Source of the DNA: Alphaproteobacteria bacterium
GTDB lineage: Bacteria; Pseudomonadota; Alphaproteobacteria; Micavibrionales; Micavibrionaceae
Assembly (NCBI GenBank): GCA_009995595.1
Contig: JAACPE010000003.1
Span: 12,871-76,870 of the forward strand
Length of the DNA: 64,000 nt
Reading direction: 5' to 3'
Shown here: one piece after another, positions 28,394 to 38,575 of the stretch
Numbering within the stretch: the first letter of the stretch is position 1
How the letters are laid out: each line of letters begins with the position of its first letter
Notes under the pieces: generated by a model
Told to the model about the DNA's origin: nothing
Database searches by the model: none
The model's input: the letters and a program-made list of their open reading frames with translations, nothing else
Translations under genes and position numbers: made by a program

Positions 28394-30112
28394 TTAAAAC
28401 TGTGCCAGTTTAACGCTTTGCGCCCCATGGATAACGGTTTCTTTATGCGCCATAGCAAGAGGAAGCAAGTGGGTCATATAAAATTCTGCCGTATTTATTT
28501 TTTCTGCATAGAATATCTTGTCTGAGGCGCCCGCTGCAATTTGCTTTTGGGCCTTATCGGCTGATTTTTTCATCATCACGCCCATGGCCGTCAAACCGAA
28601 ACATTTAAGATAGGGCACGCTTGAGGCCGCGGTTAAATCCAAATCACGTCCCGCCGATTCAATCATCCAATGGGTTGCATCAGATAAAGCCGCTATAGCG
28701 TTTTCAAGGGCCGCATGACCGCTTGCTCTTATTTTTAAATCTGCAATGTAGGCCTTCACACTTGCCCCGCCATCGCGCAGGGTTTTTCGAAAAGCCAAAT
28801 CCATCGCCTGAATACCGTTTGTGCCCTCATAAATGGGAAGAATACGCGCATCGCGATAATATTGCGCCGCCCCTGTTTCTTCAACAAAGCCCATGCCGCC
28901 ATGAATCTGCAGCCCTGTCGAGGTGACATCAAGGGACATATCCGTGCAGCATGCTTTGACGATAGGGGTCAAAATATCAACTTTAGCCTGCGCGGTCTCA
29001 TCCCCATTTGCCGCCATATCCAGCGCCAAGGCCGCCTCATAAGTCAGCGCGCGCGCCGCCTCAATTTGCGCCTTCATACTCATGAGCATACGTTTGACAT
29101 CGGCATGTTCAGAAATTGTGATACGTTTTGTTTTATCCGTCAGCGCCGCGCCTTGTTCGCGATCTTTCGCATAATACAGAGCATGCTGATACGCCCGCTC
29201 AGCGATTGCAACGCCTTGAAGACCAACAGAAAGCCGCGCATTGTTCATCATGGTGAACATATATTTCAGGCCCTCATTCTCAGTGCCAACCAAATACCCA
29301 ATCGCGCCCCCTTTATCGCCAAACTGCATCGTGCATGTGGGGGAGGCATGAATGCCCAGTTTGTGCTCAATCCCTGTGCAGATTACATCATTGCGCGTGC
29401 CGTCTTGTAATATCTTTGGCACGATAAAAAGCGATATGCCTTTCACCCCTTCGGGCGCATCAGGTGTGCGCGCAAGCACAAGGTGGATAATGTTTTCCGC
29501 CATATCATGCTCACCATAGGTAATATAAATTTTTTGCCCAAAAACCTTGTAAGAACCATCATCCTGTGGCTCTGCTTTGGAGCGTATCGCGGATAAATCT
29601 GATCCCGCTTGTGGCTCAGTCAAGTTCATTGTTCCTGTCCATTGTCCAGAGATTAGTTTTTCAAGGTAATAGTCTTTTTGTTCTTGCGATCCATGATGAT
29701 GGATAGCCTCGACCGCGCCTTGATTAAGAAGTGGGCATAAACCAAAAGACATATTTGCCCCTTGCCACATTTCTTGTAAGGGAAATGCAACCAACCACGG
29801 AAGGGCTTGCCCACCATAGTTGCTATCAAATGGTACGGCGTTCCAACCGCCATCACGATATTGCGCGTAGGCTTCTTTAAAACCTGTCGCTGTTTTAACG
29901 TGACCGTCTGTCAACGTGCACCCTTCTTGATCGCCGGTCCAATTGAGCGGGGCGAGCACTTCGCTTGCAAGTTTAGCCGCAGGCTCTAACACGCTATCAA
30001 TCATATCGCCATCAAGCCGGCCCAAATCCGGATGCTCTGGCAGGCTCTCAAGCCCCACAACATGATCGAGGATAAAACGCATATCTTTTAGCGGCGGGTG
30101 GTAATCGGACAT
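28394..30112 (-). CDS. Long-form acyl-CoA dehydrogenase (with extra C-terminal domain)
   Basis: 572 aa with ACAD core motifs (TEPQAGSD, YEGTNGIQ) and the N- and C-terminal extensions typical of this subfamily. Confidence 0.9.
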   Translation of the reverse strand: MSDYHPPLKDMRFILDHVVGLESLPEHPDLGRLDGDMIDSVLEPAAKLASEVLAPLNWTGDQEGCTLTDGHVKTATGFKEAYAQYRDGGWNAVPFDSNYGGQALPWLVAFPLQEMWQGANMSFGLCPLLNQGAVEAIHHHGSQEQKDYYLEKLISGQWTGTMNLTEPQAGSDLSAIRSKAEPQDDGSYKVFGQKIYITYGEHDMAENIIHLVLARTPDAPEGVKGISLFIVPKILQDGTRNDVICTGIEHKLGIHASPTCTMQFGDKGGAIGYLVGTENEGLKYMFTMMNNARLSVGLQGVAIAERAYQHALYYAKDREQGAALTDKTKRITISEHADVKRMLMSMKAQIEAARALTYEAALALDMAANGDETAQAKVDILTPIVKACCTDMSLDVTSTGLQIHGGMGFVEETGAAQYYRDARILPIYEGTNGIQAMDLAFRKTLRDGGASVKAYIADLKIRASGHAALENAIAALSDATHWMIESAGRDLDLTAASSVPYLKCFGLTAMGVMMKKSADKAQKQIAAGASDKIFYAEKINTAEFYMTHLLPLAMAHKETVIHGAQSVKLAQF

Positions 30113-30223
30113 AATTTTCTTTCAAGGTTTTGGAAATTCAAATCATTTGGAAAAGTATAAATCAAGATGAAGAGCGGGCAAACCCTAACTGGCACAGCAT
30201 TTGAAAGTATATCATAGAGTATT

Positions 30224-31168
30224 TTGGACAATAACCACGATGGACCTATGACTAACGCCTTAAAATCATTACAAAACAATACCTTAGCCGCCCTCGCTCA
30301 GCGTGCTCCCAGTGGCGTTTTAAAAGCCATAAAATCGGCAAGCGCCAAAACAGGGGTCGATTTTGCCTATCTCATGGAAAAAGCCGCCGCCGAAAGCAGC
30401 TTTAAACCTGACGCCAAGGCCAAAACCAGTTCTGCAACGGGGCTGTTTCAGTTCATTGAGAGCACGTGGATGGGCATGGTCAAAGAGCACGGTGCAAAAT
30501 ATGGGATTGATACGACCCTTGATAAAAAAAGCCTCTTGGAGCTGCGTAAAGACCCGCAAATCGCCTCTTTCATGGCCGCCGAATTTGCCAAGGACAATCA
30601 GACATATTTGGAAAAAACCGTTGGTGGAGATATTGGCAATACGGAGCTTTATTTCGCACATTTTATGGGCGCAGGGGGTGCGAGTGCCTTTTTATCACAG
30701 CTCAAGAAAAATCCCATGGCGAGCGGCGCTGATCTTTTCCCTGCAGCCGCTCATGCAAACCGTAATGTTTTTTATGACACGCAAACGGGTACACCCAAAA
30801 CATTACAAGCCATCTATGATTTTTTTGATAAAAAGTTTCAAGCGGGATCAGGCGACACGACAATCGAAACGCCGCTTCGCGTTGCAAAAAATGATACGGC
30901 GCAGACCAATTCTTTAGTTCAAAACACGACCGCAAAAGAGGGATATCAACACATCCCCCCCTCACTTAAAAAGCCAATTGAAATTATTGATGGGCGCGGC
31001 AATCGCGTTTATGAATTTGCCAATGGGAATAACCGTCATATCGGATCGCTCTATCAAATTCAAAATGAGCTTGATACATTTTTCAGCCAAAGAGCAAGCG
31101 TATTGCCCACGTCACTTTACGACAATAAAACAAACGCAACATCCATCTTGCTGAGTATTTTAGAATAA
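30224..31168 (+). CDS. SLT-like (lytic transglycosylase-related) protein without an obvious signal peptide
   Basis: AAAESSFKPDAKAKTSSATGLFQFIESTW resembles the catalytic-Glu / GLxQ block of SLT domains. The start could also be Met9 (30248). Confidence 0.55.
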   Translation: MDNNHDGPMTNALKSLQNNTLAALAQRAPSGVLKAIKSASAKTGVDFAYLMEKAAAESSFKPDAKAKTSSATGLFQFIESTWMGMVKEHGAKYGIDTTLDKKSLLELRKDPQIASFMAAEFAKDNQTYLEKTVGGDIGNTELYFAHFMGAGGASAFLSQLKKNPMASGADLFPAAAHANRNVFYDTQTGTPKTLQAIYDFFDKKFQAGSGDTTIETPLRVAKNDTAQTNSLVQNTTAKEGYQHIPPSLKKPIEIIDGRGNRVYEFANGNNRHIGSLYQIQNELDTFFSQRASVLPTSLYDNKTNATSILLSILE

Positions 31169-31171
31169 CGC

Positions 31172-32158
31172 TTAGCGTCCTTGCGCGGCACGTTTAAGAC
31201 GGTCATTAATCGCAATGCCAAGCCCGTGATCTGGGATATTCATCACCGCTATGCCTTTGTTTTCAGGCACATCCAGATCACGCAGCATGGTAAATAAATT
31301 TGCCGCCGCTTGCGTTAAATCTGTTTCCTCACTTAAATTTCGAAGGGCGTGATCCGGCATATCAGCCGCATGCCCGCCCCCTTCAATACCCATAAATTTT
31401 AACCCGCCAAACGCAAGAAGCGCCTCGCCTTTTTTGACATCTATGGCGTTGAGGCGAACAGGTATAGACGGCGCATAATGTTTAAGCAACTGCCCCGGAG
31501 ATTTTGGTTTTTCATGATTATCCAAATCATAGCCAACCACGCCCAAAAGCGGTTTTAAATCCTCCGCCGTTATCGCGCCCGGCCTTAAAATAACAGGGAC
31601 ATCACCGCTCATATCCAGCACAGTGGATTCTAACCCAACATCACACGCCCCTGCCGCCAAGATAAAGGGAGCATTTTCTCCAAGGCTTTGCTGTACATGG
31701 CGCGGCGTTGTGGCGGAAGGCTCACCGGAGCTATTGGCGCTTGGCGCGGCGATGGGCACACCCGATTTTTCAATAAGTGCGCGGGCAATTTTATGGGCAG
31801 GAATACGCAAGGCAATCGTTTCAAGACCCGCCGTGACCAAATCGCTAATGCCGCAATCTGCGCGGCGCGGCAGTATAAGAGTAAGAGGCCCAGGCCAGAA
31901 TTCACGCGCGACGCTCATGGCCTCATCCGAAAAATAGGCGAGCTTTTGCGCATTCTCTAGGCTTTCAATATGCGTAATCAGCGGATTAATACTAGGGCGT
32001 TTTTTCGCGGCAAAAATTTTTGCCACCGCCAGACTGTTAAACGCATTAGCGCCCAGCCCATAAACAGTTTCCGTTGGCAAGGCAACAATCTCCCCCGCTT
32101 GTATAAGCGCGGCGGCCTCTGCAATCGTTTCATCGGTGGCAATTTTTATAATGCTCAT
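31172..32158 (-). CDS. tsaC: L-threonylcarbamoyladenylate synthase (YrdC + Sua5 domains)
   Basis: 328 aa. The PTETVYGLGANA and SANSSGEPS motifs belong to the YrdC fold, followed by a Sua5-type C-terminal domain. Confidence 0.9.
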   Translation of the reverse strand: MSIIKIATDETIAEAAALIQAGEIVALPTETVYGLGANAFNSLAVAKIFAAKKRPSINPLITHIESLENAQKLAYFSDEAMSVAREFWPGPLTLILPRRADCGISDLVTAGLETIALRIPAHKIARALIEKSGVPIAAPSANSSGEPSATTPRHVQQSLGENAPFILAAGACDVGLESTVLDMSGDVPVILRPGAITAEDLKPLLGVVGYDLDNHEKPKSPGQLLKHYAPSIPVRLNAIDVKKGEALLAFGGLKFMGIEGGGHAADMPDHALRNLSEETDLTQAAANLFTMLRDLDVPENKGIAVMNIPDHGLGIAINDRLKRAAQGR

Positions 32159-32196
32159 AGGCTCTATTAACCAAATTTAGCGTTATCAATAAAGCG

Positions 32197-33300
32197 CTAT
32201 TTGGTATTGGCCGCCAAAAAAGAACGCGTCACAAAAGGTGTATAAAGCGCGCCGCCTGTTAAAGGCTCTGGCACGCCTGTTGTTGTGGGAAGGGTTAAGG
32301 CAAGGCCCAAAAGCGAGCGCACTGCAAGATAGCCAAATCCTTGCGCCTCTAGCGCATCGCCGTTCCAGCCAATATCTTCAACAGGCAGTACAGGATAATC
32401 CAGTGCCTCATTGAGCCATGTCATCATGGCCTTATTATGCCGCCCGCCGCCTGCCACATAAAGGGCATGAGGTTTTGCTGGTAAATGCTTGAGGGACTTT
32501 AAAACGCTTTGCACGCTAAATTGCGCGAGCGTGGCAATCGCATCATTCAAATCAAACTCCGCAACCGCCGACACGTCCCATTGATTTCGATCAAGCGATT
32601 TTGGCGGGGTTTTATCAAAAAACGGATGAGAGAGCCAATCATCAATCAGCGATTGTAAAGGCCTTCCTGCCAAAGCGCGCGCGCCATTTGAATCATAGGC
32701 CTGACCCGTTTTGGCCTGTACAAGGTCATCAATCGGGGCGTTTGCGGGGCCCGTATCAAAAGCCAAAATATCCATGCGGTCTCGCCCGAGCCATGTGATA
32801 TTCCCCACCCCGCCCAAATTTAAAATGGCGATAGGTTTTTGTGTAGTGGCGGCAAAAGAGCGATGACAAAGCGGGAGTAAGGGTGCGCCCTGCCCTCCCG
32901 CCGCAATATCCGCTTGGCGCATATCAGCAATCACAGGGGTCTGGGTTTCATCGGCAATAATTTGGGCATCACCAATTTGCCATGTAAATTTTTGTGCGGG
33001 GTTATGCGATATTGTCTGGCCGTGAAAGCCAATCACATCGGCCTTATGACCAAATTCCCTGAGCGCCCTAATGTGGGCCTGCGTCACCGCATTTTCGGCC
33101 TTTAAGACCTTTTTGGAAGGCTTTGTTGCGCCAAAAACATCTTTAATGGCCTGCTTTTCGGCCAGTTTATAGTCAAAAGTCTTAAAATCCAGCAAAGTGG
33201 TTAAATCTTTGCCATCCGTTTCAATCAACGCCACATCCACCCCATCCAGGGACGTTCCCGACATCATGCCAATTGCGGTATAGACTTTATTTTTACTCAT
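32197..33300 (-). CDS. anmK: Anhydro-N-acetylmuramic acid kinase
   Basis: GMMSGTSLDGVD N-terminal motif. I place the start at ATG 33300 (MSKNKVY...), which removes the overlap with tyrS that the ORF-track start 33324 creates. Confidence 0.9.
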   Translation of the reverse strand: MSKNKVYTAIGMMSGTSLDGVDVALIETDGKDLTTLLDFKTFDYKLAEKQAIKDVFGATKPSKKVLKAENAVTQAHIRALREFGHKADVIGFHGQTISHNPAQKFTWQIGDAQIIADETQTPVIADMRQADIAAGGQGAPLLPLCHRSFAATTQKPIAILNLGGVGNITWLGRDRMDILAFDTGPANAPIDDLVQAKTGQAYDSNGARALAGRPLQSLIDDWLSHPFFDKTPPKSLDRNQWDVSAVAEFDLNDAIATLAQFSVQSVLKSLKHLPAKPHALYVAGGGRHNKAMMTWLNEALDYPVLPVEDIGWNGDALEAQGFGYLAVRSLLGLALTLPTTTGVPEPLTGGALYTPFVTRSFLAANTK

Positions 33301-33315
33301 GGTTATAAATTCCTT

Positions 33316-34620
33316 ATGACACATAACTATAAATCAGAATTTCTTAATATCCTAGAAGAACGCGGCTTTATTCACCAATGTAGTGATTTTGAAGCCCTTG
33401 ATGCCAAACTCATGGAAGGTGTGCAGAGCGCCTATATTGGGTTTGATGCGACGGCAAAAAGCCTGCATGTTGGTAACCTCACAGGCATCATGATGCTCTA
33501 TTGGTTTCAGGCATGCGGCCATAAGCCAATCACGCTTATGGGCGGGGGCACATCAAAAATTGGCGATCCGTCTTTTAAAGATGAACAGCGTAAGCTGCTA
33601 GATGATGAAACTATAGAAACAAATATGAAGCATATCCAAGACACATGCTTTAGACAATTTTTGAAATATGGTGAAGGGGAAACAGACGCGCAGATGGTCA
33701 ATAATAATGATTGGCTGTCTGAGCTTAAATATCTCGATTTCCTGCGTGATTATGGGCGTCATTTTACGGTGAACCGTATGCTATCTTTTGACTCAGTCAA
33801 AACCCGTCTTGAGCGAGAAAGTCCTCTCAGTCTTCTTGAATTTAATTATATGATCATGCAAGGCTATGATTTTTTAGAACTTCACAGACGTTATGAAACC
33901 ATTCTACAAATGGGGGGTTCAGACCAGTGGGGCAATATTATCAACGGCGTTGAGCTTACTAGAAAAGTATGTAATGAGGGTGCCTCGCTAGAAAGACGAG
34001 ATGATGGTGTCTTGGTAAGAGGAAGTGGACCTGTTTTTGCGCTCACCGCGCCGCTTCTTACTACCCCTGATGGGCGTAAGATGGGCAAGACTGAAAGTGG
34101 CGCGGTTTGGCTTAATGCAGATATGCTGTCGCCATACGATTATTACCAATTCTGGCGTAATGTTGATGATGTCATGGTTGGTACATTGCTGCGTCGTTTT
34201 ACGGTTTTATCAATGGATGAGATCAAGAAACTTGAGGCTTTAGAGGGCGCAGAAATTAATGAGGCGAAGAAGATCCTTGCCTTTAACGCCACCAAAATGT
34301 GCCACGGAGAACAAGCCGCCATCGATGCCGAAGCCACCGCGAAAAAAGTGTTCGAGAAAGGCATTATTGGTGATGACCTGCCTAGAATTACTATAAAAGT
34401 TATAGACGCTAAAGAAAAACTAATAGCAGATCTTTTTATCGAAGCTGGTCTATGCGATAGTAAAGGGGATTTTAAAAGATTAGTTAAGCAAAATGGTGCA
34501 AAACTAGGTGGCAAAACTATAATTGATGTTCATGCAATATTGGGCATCAGTCATCCAGACCAACTCATGCTATCCGCAGGTAAGAAAAAACACGCAATTT
34601 TAGAGGTTATATTAAAGTAA
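33316..34620 (+). CDS. tyrS: Tyrosine--tRNA ligase
   Basis: HIGH motif (HVGNL), KMSKS motif (KMGKT) and an S4-like C-terminal domain. It carries an insertion of about 17-19 aa before the KMSKS loop. Confidence 0.95.
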   Translation: MTHNYKSEFLNILEERGFIHQCSDFEALDAKLMEGVQSAYIGFDATAKSLHVGNLTGIMMLYWFQACGHKPITLMGGGTSKIGDPSFKDEQRKLLDDETIETNMKHIQDTCFRQFLKYGEGETDAQMVNNNDWLSELKYLDFLRDYGRHFTVNRMLSFDSVKTRLERESPLSLLEFNYMIMQGYDFLELHRRYETILQMGGSDQWGNIINGVELTRKVCNEGASLERRDDGVLVRGSGPVFALTAPLLTTPDGRKMGKTESGAVWLNADMLSPYDYYQFWRNVDDVMVGTLLRRFTVLSMDEIKKLEALEGAEINEAKKILAFNATKMCHGEQAAIDAEATAKKVFEKGIIGDDLPRITIKVIDAKEKLIADLFIEAGLCDSKGDFKRLVKQNGAKLGGKTIIDVHAILGISHPDQLMLSAGKKKHAILEVILK

Positions 34621-34624
34621 TCAC

Positions 34625-37600
34625 TCAATTCCCTGCTTTTTGCGGTTTTGAAAAATCAGTTTTATTCTCATTGGCCGGCACATTTTGAGACGGGTTTTTA
34701 TTTTCTGGCAATTTGGATTCAACACCGCCTTCAAATAAAATCTTTCTAAAGATACCCGGCGTCAAAACAGAAAGTGGATTCACGATCACTTTGGGGTCTT
34801 TTGACGGGCCGCTCATTGTATAAGTAGCGGCAAATAAACCGCCCGCAGACCCGCCCGTTAAAATATCTCCAATAAGGGGAATGTCCCCAATCACTTTATT
34901 GACGCCTGATAAGGGAATAACTGTGCCAGAAATATCAATAGTTTCCGCGCCCATATCATTCACCCCTTCGAATGTAAGCCCCAGTGAGGAGCCTGATGTG
35001 CGGCCATCTTTAATTACAAGCAAGTTACCCTCATCCCGAAAGCGCCATTCAAACCCCGCCTCAAGTTTTGTAAACGATACCCCTTTTGTGCTCAACGTAT
35101 CTTGAACACCGCTCAGGCTCATCGCGCCAAGCAAACGCGCCAAGGCAGGAGCGTTCACGACACTAAAATTTTCAATCTGCGCCGTGCCATAAATATCCCC
35201 TTTGAAATCCCCGCGCTGTGGTCTGCCGTAAATAAGAATAGAGCCACCGCGCATATCTTTATATAGATCAAACGCCTTGAGTGTTGCCCCCGCATCGGAT
35301 GATTCAAGGCGGAAAGTCCGCTGGCCCACATCCCCTTCGGGTTTGAAGCGCACATAAAAATCACCCTGATCACCAACCTTGGCATCAATTTCGATGCGGG
35401 TGATATCGCTCTCCCCGTCTGTTTCAACGTAAAATTGCGCCCCGCGAATAAATTCATCTTTAACGGTAAATACTTTATCGGCCTTGAACGATATTTTCAT
35501 CGCTTGGCCATTACTCTCTTTTGGATTTTGCCATACGGGGTTCGTCTTTTTATCTTGATCTAAAAACGCAGACAAATCGACAACAGGGCCATTGGCGACA
35601 ACTTTTAAAACATTATCTGGTGTGACTTCAAAATCAACCTTGGCCTTTGTCCGCCCAAGAATGGCGCTTGTAATATTACCCCGCGCAATCTCGACCTCAT
35701 TATTGTTGAGGGTACGAAATAAAATACGTGCGTCGTTTAATTCCAGCCCCGTTGTTTTAAGATTAAAACGATCAATCTCTTGGATCACATCATTTTTGAC
35801 AATCGCTTGCAGGCTAAAATCACCGGCTACCCCCGGCTCTTTGCGGTATTGAAAGGGCTCAATATGGACAATTGTTGGCGCCATGACGCCTTTGACATCA
35901 ATAACGGCGTTGCCCTTGCCTTTGTCGGTATAAATAACGTCAATCGGCACTTCACCGCTTATATAATCATCCAGATCAATTCCAAAAACGTCGCGTAGCT
36001 CCTTATCCGCAGAAAGGCTTGCTGTTACTTTCGTATCAAAATCCTTACCCGTTGGGTCAAGAAATTGTTGATAATCCAAATCAATAGCGCGGCCCGATAA
36101 CTGACCTTTGCCTGAGAGGGACACTTTTCCTTTTTCAAAACCCAATTGATACGGCCCGCCTGTTAATTCCAAACTGCGCACAATATTGGGCAATTTAATG
36201 TCACTCAGCGTCCCGTTAATCACAACGGTCACTTCCTCTTTGGGTAAATCTTTTAAGGTTGGAAATTCTAAAGCCAAATCAAAGGAGATGTTGCCCGCCA
36301 CTGCCTTGGCATCAATACCAATTTCTTTCTCATTCAAGGCAATCGGCTCCGCAGCGATATAGGTCAAAATTGTTTTAAGCGGGCCTTGCCCTTTAACTTT
36401 AATTTTTGCAAAACCGCCGCCTTCAACCGCCAAATCAGTGAGTGTTACATTAACATCCGTTCCCTTCACCTCTCCGATAAAACCGCTTTGTGCGGTAATC
36501 GTCAGCGAGTCATTCTCATAAACACCGCTCCCGATAGATTGCGTAACAGGCATAAGCGTATCACTATATTTGACCGTTAAATCTTCAAACTTAAATTCTG
36601 CGCGCGGCGCATCAAGGGTAACAACACGCTCGCTGGTTTCAGGATCGCGCATTACCTTTAAGGTTGAGCTTACCACAACATCATATGTTCGCCCCCCGAT
36701 AAGACGATTGCTTATCCAATCAGCGGCAGAGCTCTCACGCTCAGATTTAGGAAAGAGCTTGGCGATATTATCAAATTGCACTTCATCAATTTTTGCGCTC
36801 AACGGTAAATGAATAAGACCTTTTTCAAATGACCCTGCACCTGTAACCGCTATAGGAATACCGCCAATATTGGCGTTCAGCGCATTCAGGATAATTTTTT
36901 TATCCAGACGATGAAAGGCAACATCAATTGCCGCATCATTAATCGAAATCGGCGCGTCATATTCATGAGGGATATTTATTTCACCCTCTGGTATTTTAAT
37001 ATTCAGGACTGCATTTTCGATTTTCATATCAGGATTCAAAGACGCTTTTAATGTACCATTAAGCAGAATTTTCTGGTTTGCAATAACTGCATCACTACCA
37101 AACAAATCTGCAAACTGCGCCGGATTAACATCAATAAGCTGGCCATTAAATGTCAGATCTTTTTGTTTTTTTCGGTATGATAAATCAGCTCTCATGCTCG
37201 ATTTTCTCTCATCCGCGCCGACAAGCCCTGTCGCTAAATTACCATCAAGCCCAAGGCTTGTTCGCCGCAGATTTAGGTCCAGCGCGACCAAATAATTTTT
37301 TTCGATATAAGAGGGATAATGTGTTTCCACCTCAATAACGGCATCTTTTAAAACAATTTCTTTAAGGGCAGAAAAACGACCAAACTCTGCTTCCGTAGGT
37401 TTAGCAATTTGCGCCAAGGTATAAGCCAGTTTTTGTTGAATATCATTTTTGTTTAAAGGCTCTTTATTCTCTATAGCTTTCTTATTTTGCAAACGATCAT
37501 CATCTTTTTCCCAAAAAAGATCATACGCACCATTGGTTTTTACCAAATTAAGAACAGGCCCCTCAATCAGCAAGGTTGTGGGGCGCACTTCACCTACGAG

Positions 37601-37927
37601 TAAAAAAGGTAATGAGAGACCAAGGCGCGCCTTTTCAATTTTTAAATCCTGCACCGCCTTGCCCTGTGATAGACCCAAATCATCTAGGGTGAGCAAAAGC
37701 GCGTTCTCGTTACGCTCCCATTCCAGATATAAACTGCTCATCGTGACTGTATAGCCTGCCTGCTTATCGCTTAGGGCCGCTTGGATATACTCTTTGGCAA
37801 AATCGAGGTTAATCGGGCCTTTTGATAGCGTAAAAATCGCTGCGCCCGCGCAAATCATTATAAAAATAAGAAAAACAAGAAGGATTTTGGTCAGGCTAGA
37901 AAGGCTTTTGAGCGCAATGTGTTTCAT
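34625..37927 (-). CDS. AsmA/YhdP-like giant envelope protein
   Basis: About 1100 aa with a single N-terminal TM helix (MKHIALKSLSSLTKILLVFLIFIMICAGAAIF) and a long repetitive beta-rich body, as in the AsmA-like/DUF3971 family. The start at ATG 37927 avoids overlap with bcp. Confidence 0.7.
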   Translation of the reverse strand: MKHIALKSLSSLTKILLVFLIFIMICAGAAIFTLSKGPINLDFAKEYIQAALSDKQAGYTVTMSSLYLEWERNENALLLTLDDLGLSQGKAVQDLKIEKARLGLSLPFLLVGEVRPTTLLIEGPVLNLVKTNGAYDLFWEKDDDRLQNKKAIENKEPLNKNDIQQKLAYTLAQIAKPTEAEFGRFSALKEIVLKDAVIEVETHYPSYIEKNYLVALDLNLRRTSLGLDGNLATGLVGADERKSSMRADLSYRKKQKDLTFNGQLIDVNPAQFADLFGSDAVIANQKILLNGTLKASLNPDMKIENAVLNIKIPEGEINIPHEYDAPISINDAAIDVAFHRLDKKIILNALNANIGGIPIAVTGAGSFEKGLIHLPLSAKIDEVQFDNIAKLFPKSERESSAADWISNRLIGGRTYDVVVSSTLKVMRDPETSERVVTLDAPRAEFKFEDLTVKYSDTLMPVTQSIGSGVYENDSLTITAQSGFIGEVKGTDVNVTLTDLAVEGGGFAKIKVKGQGPLKTILTYIAAEPIALNEKEIGIDAKAVAGNISFDLALEFPTLKDLPKEEVTVVINGTLSDIKLPNIVRSLELTGGPYQLGFEKGKVSLSGKGQLSGRAIDLDYQQFLDPTGKDFDTKVTASLSADKELRDVFGIDLDDYISGEVPIDVIYTDKGKGNAVIDVKGVMAPTIVHIEPFQYRKEPGVAGDFSLQAIVKNDVIQEIDRFNLKTTGLELNDARILFRTLNNNEVEIARGNITSAILGRTKAKVDFEVTPDNVLKVVANGPVVDLSAFLDQDKKTNPVWQNPKESNGQAMKISFKADKVFTVKDEFIRGAQFYVETDGESDITRIEIDAKVGDQGDFYVRFKPEGDVGQRTFRLESSDAGATLKAFDLYKDMRGGSILIYGRPQRGDFKGDIYGTAQIENFSVVNAPALARLLGAMSLSGVQDTLSTKGVSFTKLEAGFEWRFRDEGNLLVIKDGRTSGSSLGLTFEGVNDMGAETIDISGTVIPLSGVNKVIGDIPLIGDILTGGSAGGLFAATYTMSGPSKDPKVIVNPLSVLTPGIFRKILFEGGVESKLPENKNPSQNVPANENKTDFSKPQKAGN

Positions 37928-38024
37928 AAAGTCATTATTAAAGATATTTAACGAATTGTCAGTGTGTATTTTACACCAAATGCAGTAAAAATGAAGTGAG
38001 CAACATATAAAAGAGGAACAAAGC

Positions 38025-38504
38025 ATGAGCATCTTAAAAACAGGCGACAAAGCCCCTGATTTCACCTTACCGACCGATGGGGATGGCGAAATCACTTTAT
38101 CAGGCTTTAAAGGGCAAAAAGTCGTTCTTTATTTCTACCCCAAAGATGATACCCCCGGATGCACCAAAGAATCGTGTAGCTTTAATGAAAACCTGACAAA
38201 GCTGAATAAGATAAACGTCCAAGTAATTGGCGTATCAAAGTGCAGCGTTAAAAAGCACGATAAGTTTAAAGCAAAGTATGATTTGAAATTCCCCCTTGCC
38301 TCTGATGAAAATTCGGATGTATGCGAGCGTTATGGTGTTTTCAAAGAAAAAAGCATGTATGGAAAAACATATATGGGAATTGAGCGGTCAACGTTTTTGA
38401 TTGATGAAAACGGAAAAATTGAACACGCATGGTATAATGTCAAAGTCCCCGGCCACGTCGAAGCCGTGATGGAGACGATTAAAGCCCATGCAAAAGCCGC
38501 CTAG
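38025..38504 (+). CDS. bcp: Thioredoxin-dependent peroxiredoxin Bcp
   Basis: FYPKDDTPGCTKE peroxidatic-Cys motif. 159 aa. Confidence 0.9.
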   Translation: MSILKTGDKAPDFTLPTDGDGEITLSGFKGQKVVLYFYPKDDTPGCTKESCSFNENLTKLNKINVQVIGVSKCSVKKHDKFKAKYDLKFPLASDENSDVCERYGVFKEKSMYGKTYMGIERSTFLIDENGKIEHAWYNVKVPGHVEAVMETIKAHAKAA

Positions 38505-38524
38505 TATTATCCACGCAATAAAAT

Positions 38525-38553
38525 AAAAGCCGCTGATAAAAGCGGCTTTTTTT
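38525..38553. terminator. Bidirectional rho-independent terminator between convergent bcp and the hydrolase gene
   Basis: AAAA-GCCGCT-GATAAA-AGCGGC-TTTTTTT, with an A-tract on one side and a T-tract on the other. Confidence 0.75.
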
Positions 38554-38575
38554 ATTGGGATAAGACGAAAAAGAT

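Noticed and set aside
28862-29410. 182-aa plus-strand ORF inside the acyl-CoA dehydrogenase gene
   Set aside because: It is antisense to a well-supported ACAD gene and has no motifs.
30363-30917. 184-aa alternative-frame ORF on the same strand as the SLT-like gene
   Set aside because: The 314-aa frame carries the SLT catalytic block. The alternative frame is Arg/Pro/Trp/Ser-rich and shorter.
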